Below the pieces are notes generated by a model. That model saw only the letters and a program-made list of their open reading frames with translations. It was not told the DNA's origin and ran no database searches. Of a stretch of 64,000 nucleotides of DNA, positions 62,164 to 64,000 are shown one piece after another. Within the stretch, counting starts at the first letter, position 1. Every line of letters begins with the position of its first letter. The translations under genes and the position numbers were made by a program. Source of the DNA: an uncultured bacterium (GTDB lineage Bacteria; Babelota; Babeliae; Babelales; RVW-14); NCBI GenBank assembly GCA_963759805.1, contig CAVXAT010000002.1:5532-69531 (forward strand), in the 5' to 3' direction.

Positions 62164-62222
62164 TAGCATAGAAACGTTAGTATCCTAAATTTAAAAAACG
62201 ACGGGATACAAATTTATGAGCC

Positions 62223-63602
62223 TTAGTTTCTAGCGTTTTCTCGAGATAGTCTTAATGCCTCATCTCGTGCATTCGCAAACTCTGTTCTTGCTTCTGCTAA
62301 TTTATGAGATATATCAAGCCTATTTGCCTGTAGGATTGTGGCTTGTTCTTTGAATTTGTTCTCCTCCATTCTTCTATCAAATTCGCGACTAACAATTTGC
62401 TGAATTCTTTGTGCTTCTTTTTCAGCATAAAATTGCCTTCCCAGCCATGAATCTCGTGGAGGGTGCATCCTTTCATCAAGAGGTATCCATGACTCATTTG
62501 CGTGAATGTTTTGCCTAAAAGATACAGCACGTTCTTCCAAGGCTGTGGTTTGTATAGCCGCTTTTATTTGGACCAATTTTCCGTCTAGAACGGAAATCTC
62601 TGATTGTTTTCGATCAGCTTCTTCCCATGCCAACCTGCTGGGATCATTTGCTGGTCTACCTAGTGCTTTTTCTCGCAACTGTGTTTCTTCTGCACGCCTG
62701 TATTCTACCTCTGCCCATTCACAAGCAGCTTCTTCATCTCTAATTTTTTGTAGTCGTGCTTCTTCTGCTTGCCTGCTGGCTTGCTCTTCTTCTAGAATTT
62801 TTCGCTTACGAGCTTCCTCCGCTTCTCTACGAACATGCTCTTCATCTCGGATTTTTTGTAATCGTGCTTCTTCTACTTGCTTGCGCACTCGTTCTTCTTC
62901 TAAGGCCTTTCTTTGAAGAGCTCCCTCAGCCTGCCTATGAGCAGTCTCTTCTTTAAAAAATGCTTCTTTTATTTTGTTAGTCCCATAAAGATCTTTTATC
63001 GACATAATAATGCTTAGCCCCAAAGCAACTCCGTACAATATCTGTTCTGGACTCTTATCTTTACTGATAATTATATTATCAAATAACCGAAATGCGGAAT
63101 TCAATGACTTACACTTTAATCTAAAATCTGCATCTTCAATTGTAGCCCTATCTTTAAGTGAAGCAAATAATGCAGTTAGGCCTTCGATAAATGGAATTAA
63201 TCCCGTGTGAAAAGTTTTAAGAAATCCTTCTAATTTTTTTATATCTTCCGAATTTTGAGTTATATCTTCAGGTTTGTTAAATAAATCAACTAAATGTGTA
63301 ACGAAACGTACTCCATCATAGGCTGCCCAAATATAATCGTACTTATGAAATTCCAATTCTCCATTCTTATTAATTATAGAAAGTACTTCACTTGACAATC
63401 GAAGAACATCTACTGATAAATTCAAAATATGATGGTACTTTTTACTAGATTCGGGGCTTAACTTATTTTTAATTGCAAGCGTCGGAATTCTTAAAAGTGC
63501 AACAATTGATTCAACATTGTTTAGATCTATTTCAGAAAATAAATTGCTTGAATATGTGCTTGTGCTGAAAAAAAGAATAAGCATAACTATTTTTTTAAGC
63601 AT
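62223..63602 (-). CDS. Secreted coiled-coil protein with internal Glu/Arg-rich repeats, function unknown
   Basis: Signal peptide MLKKIVMLILFFSTSTYSS. The repeated segment is EEARLQKIRDEEHVRREAEEARKRKILEEEQASRQAEEARLQKIRDEE. Confidence 0.6.
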   Translation of the reverse strand: MLKKIVMLILFFSTSTYSSNLFSEIDLNNVESIVALLRIPTLAIKNKLSPESSKKYHHILNLSVDVLRLSSEVLSIINKNGELEFHKYDYIWAAYDGVRFVTHLVDLFNKPEDITQNSEDIKKLEGFLKTFHTGLIPFIEGLTALFASLKDRATIEDADFRLKCKSLNSAFRLFDNIIISKDKSPEQILYGVALGLSIIMSIKDLYGTNKIKEAFFKEETAHRQAEGALQRKALEEERVRKQVEEARLQKIRDEEHVRREAEEARKRKILEEEQASRQAEEARLQKIRDEEAACEWAEVEYRRAEETQLREKALGRPANDPSRLAWEEADRKQSEISVLDGKLVQIKAAIQTTALEERAVSFRQNIHANESWIPLDERMHPPRDSWLGRQFYAEKEAQRIQQIVSREFDRRMEENKFKEQATILQANRLDISHKLAEARTEFANARDEALRLSRENARN

Positions 63603-63658
63603 AAAAATCCTTTTGAACTAAATAAAATTACCTTGATGGAGGCTTCAGGTTGTTAAAT

Positions 63659-63958
63659 TTACGCCGGCTTTGCTATTTCATTTGAAGTGGCTTCTTTTAC
63701 TGTTTTCAAGATAAATTCTTTCAATATATCTTTGAGCGTAGGGTGTGTTTTATTGTTGTAATGCTCTAAAATTGAAAATAATTTATCTGTGGAAATAGGC
63801 GAAATTTTATCTTCCATTTCAAATAACACGTTTAAAGATTTATCATAGAATTTAAACAAGCCATAATTTCCCAGGGAAATTAGAAAGGATGAAATTTGAT
63901 CAACATCCTTCCATTCGATACTTTTGCCATTCCAAAATTTAATTTCATGATAATTCAT
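63659..63958 (-). CDS. Hypothetical small cytoplasmic protein (99 aa)
   Basis: The ORF has AT-rich codon usage like its neighbours. No recognisable motif. Confidence 0.4.
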   Translation of the reverse strand: MNYHEIKFWNGKSIEWKDVDQISSFLISLGNYGLFKFYDKSLNVLFEMEDKISPISTDKLFSILEHYNNKTHPTLKDILKEFILKTVKEATSNEIAKPA

Positions 63959-64000
63959 TATGAGAAACGGAACCTTGCTAAGATCATAATGTAAATTTTT

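Noticed and set aside
1-64000. CRISPR arrays, rRNA, tRNA or tmRNA genes
   Set aside because: No regularly spaced direct repeats with unique spacers were seen. The tandem repeats present are contiguous and short. No tRNA-like T-arm (GGTTCGAATCC-type) or rRNA-like segments were recognised by eye, although a covariance-model scan would be needed to exclude small RNAs.

Overview
AT-rich bacterial chromosome segment with Gram-negative envelope genes (lpxC, lptD, yidC, htrA). No rRNA, tRNA or CRISPR array was recognised.

(1) 1-19.1 kb, minus strand: the conserved str/S10/spc/alpha ribosomal super-operon, rpsL-rpsG-fusA-tuf-rpsJ...rplQ, followed by arfB. It has two reading-frame anomalies. fusA is split by a 1-nt frameshift. 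rplP and rpmC read as a single ORF, while the canonical L29 start sits in another frame.

(2) 19-49 kb: housekeeping genes (rseP, lpxC, rplM, pyrG, pepP, lptD, recR, yidC, an amidase, acs, tlyA, htrA, pssA, grpE) interleaved with accessory material:
- an IS481-like element
- a lipoprotein combining a Skp1/BTB-like domain with a 7-bladed WD40 propeller
- hicAB
- a Fic 'mobile mystery protein A/B' pair
- a duplicated two-gene module of unknown membrane/secreted proteins
- families of GC-rich dispersed repeats; one 81-bp copy lies in frame inside acs

(3) 49-64 kb: an accessory island. A tightly packed plus-strand gene string encodes:
- a signal-peptide protein with tandem USP-type deubiquitinase domains (one apparently active, one degenerate), pentapeptide repeats and a bilobed hydrophobic segment
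- a pentapeptide-repeat paralogue
- a 1332-aa polymorphic-toxin-like protein and its adjacent small immunity candidate

After a terminator lies a silent 'orphan' toxin cassette. It shares about 230 bp of near-identical junction sequence with the main toxin gene. Its C-terminal colicin-E3-like rRNase domain is split inside the catalytic D-x-Q-H-G-x-x-E motif by an IS3-family insertion with a 3-bp target duplication. A second immunity candidate follows.

This toxin/immunity/orphan locus, with no delivery domain I can recognise, and the neighbouring ubiquitin-system mimics are the main candidates for undescribed biology. The gene content suggests an intracellular, protist-associated bacterium (Dependentiae/TM6-like or similar). 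That is inference only.
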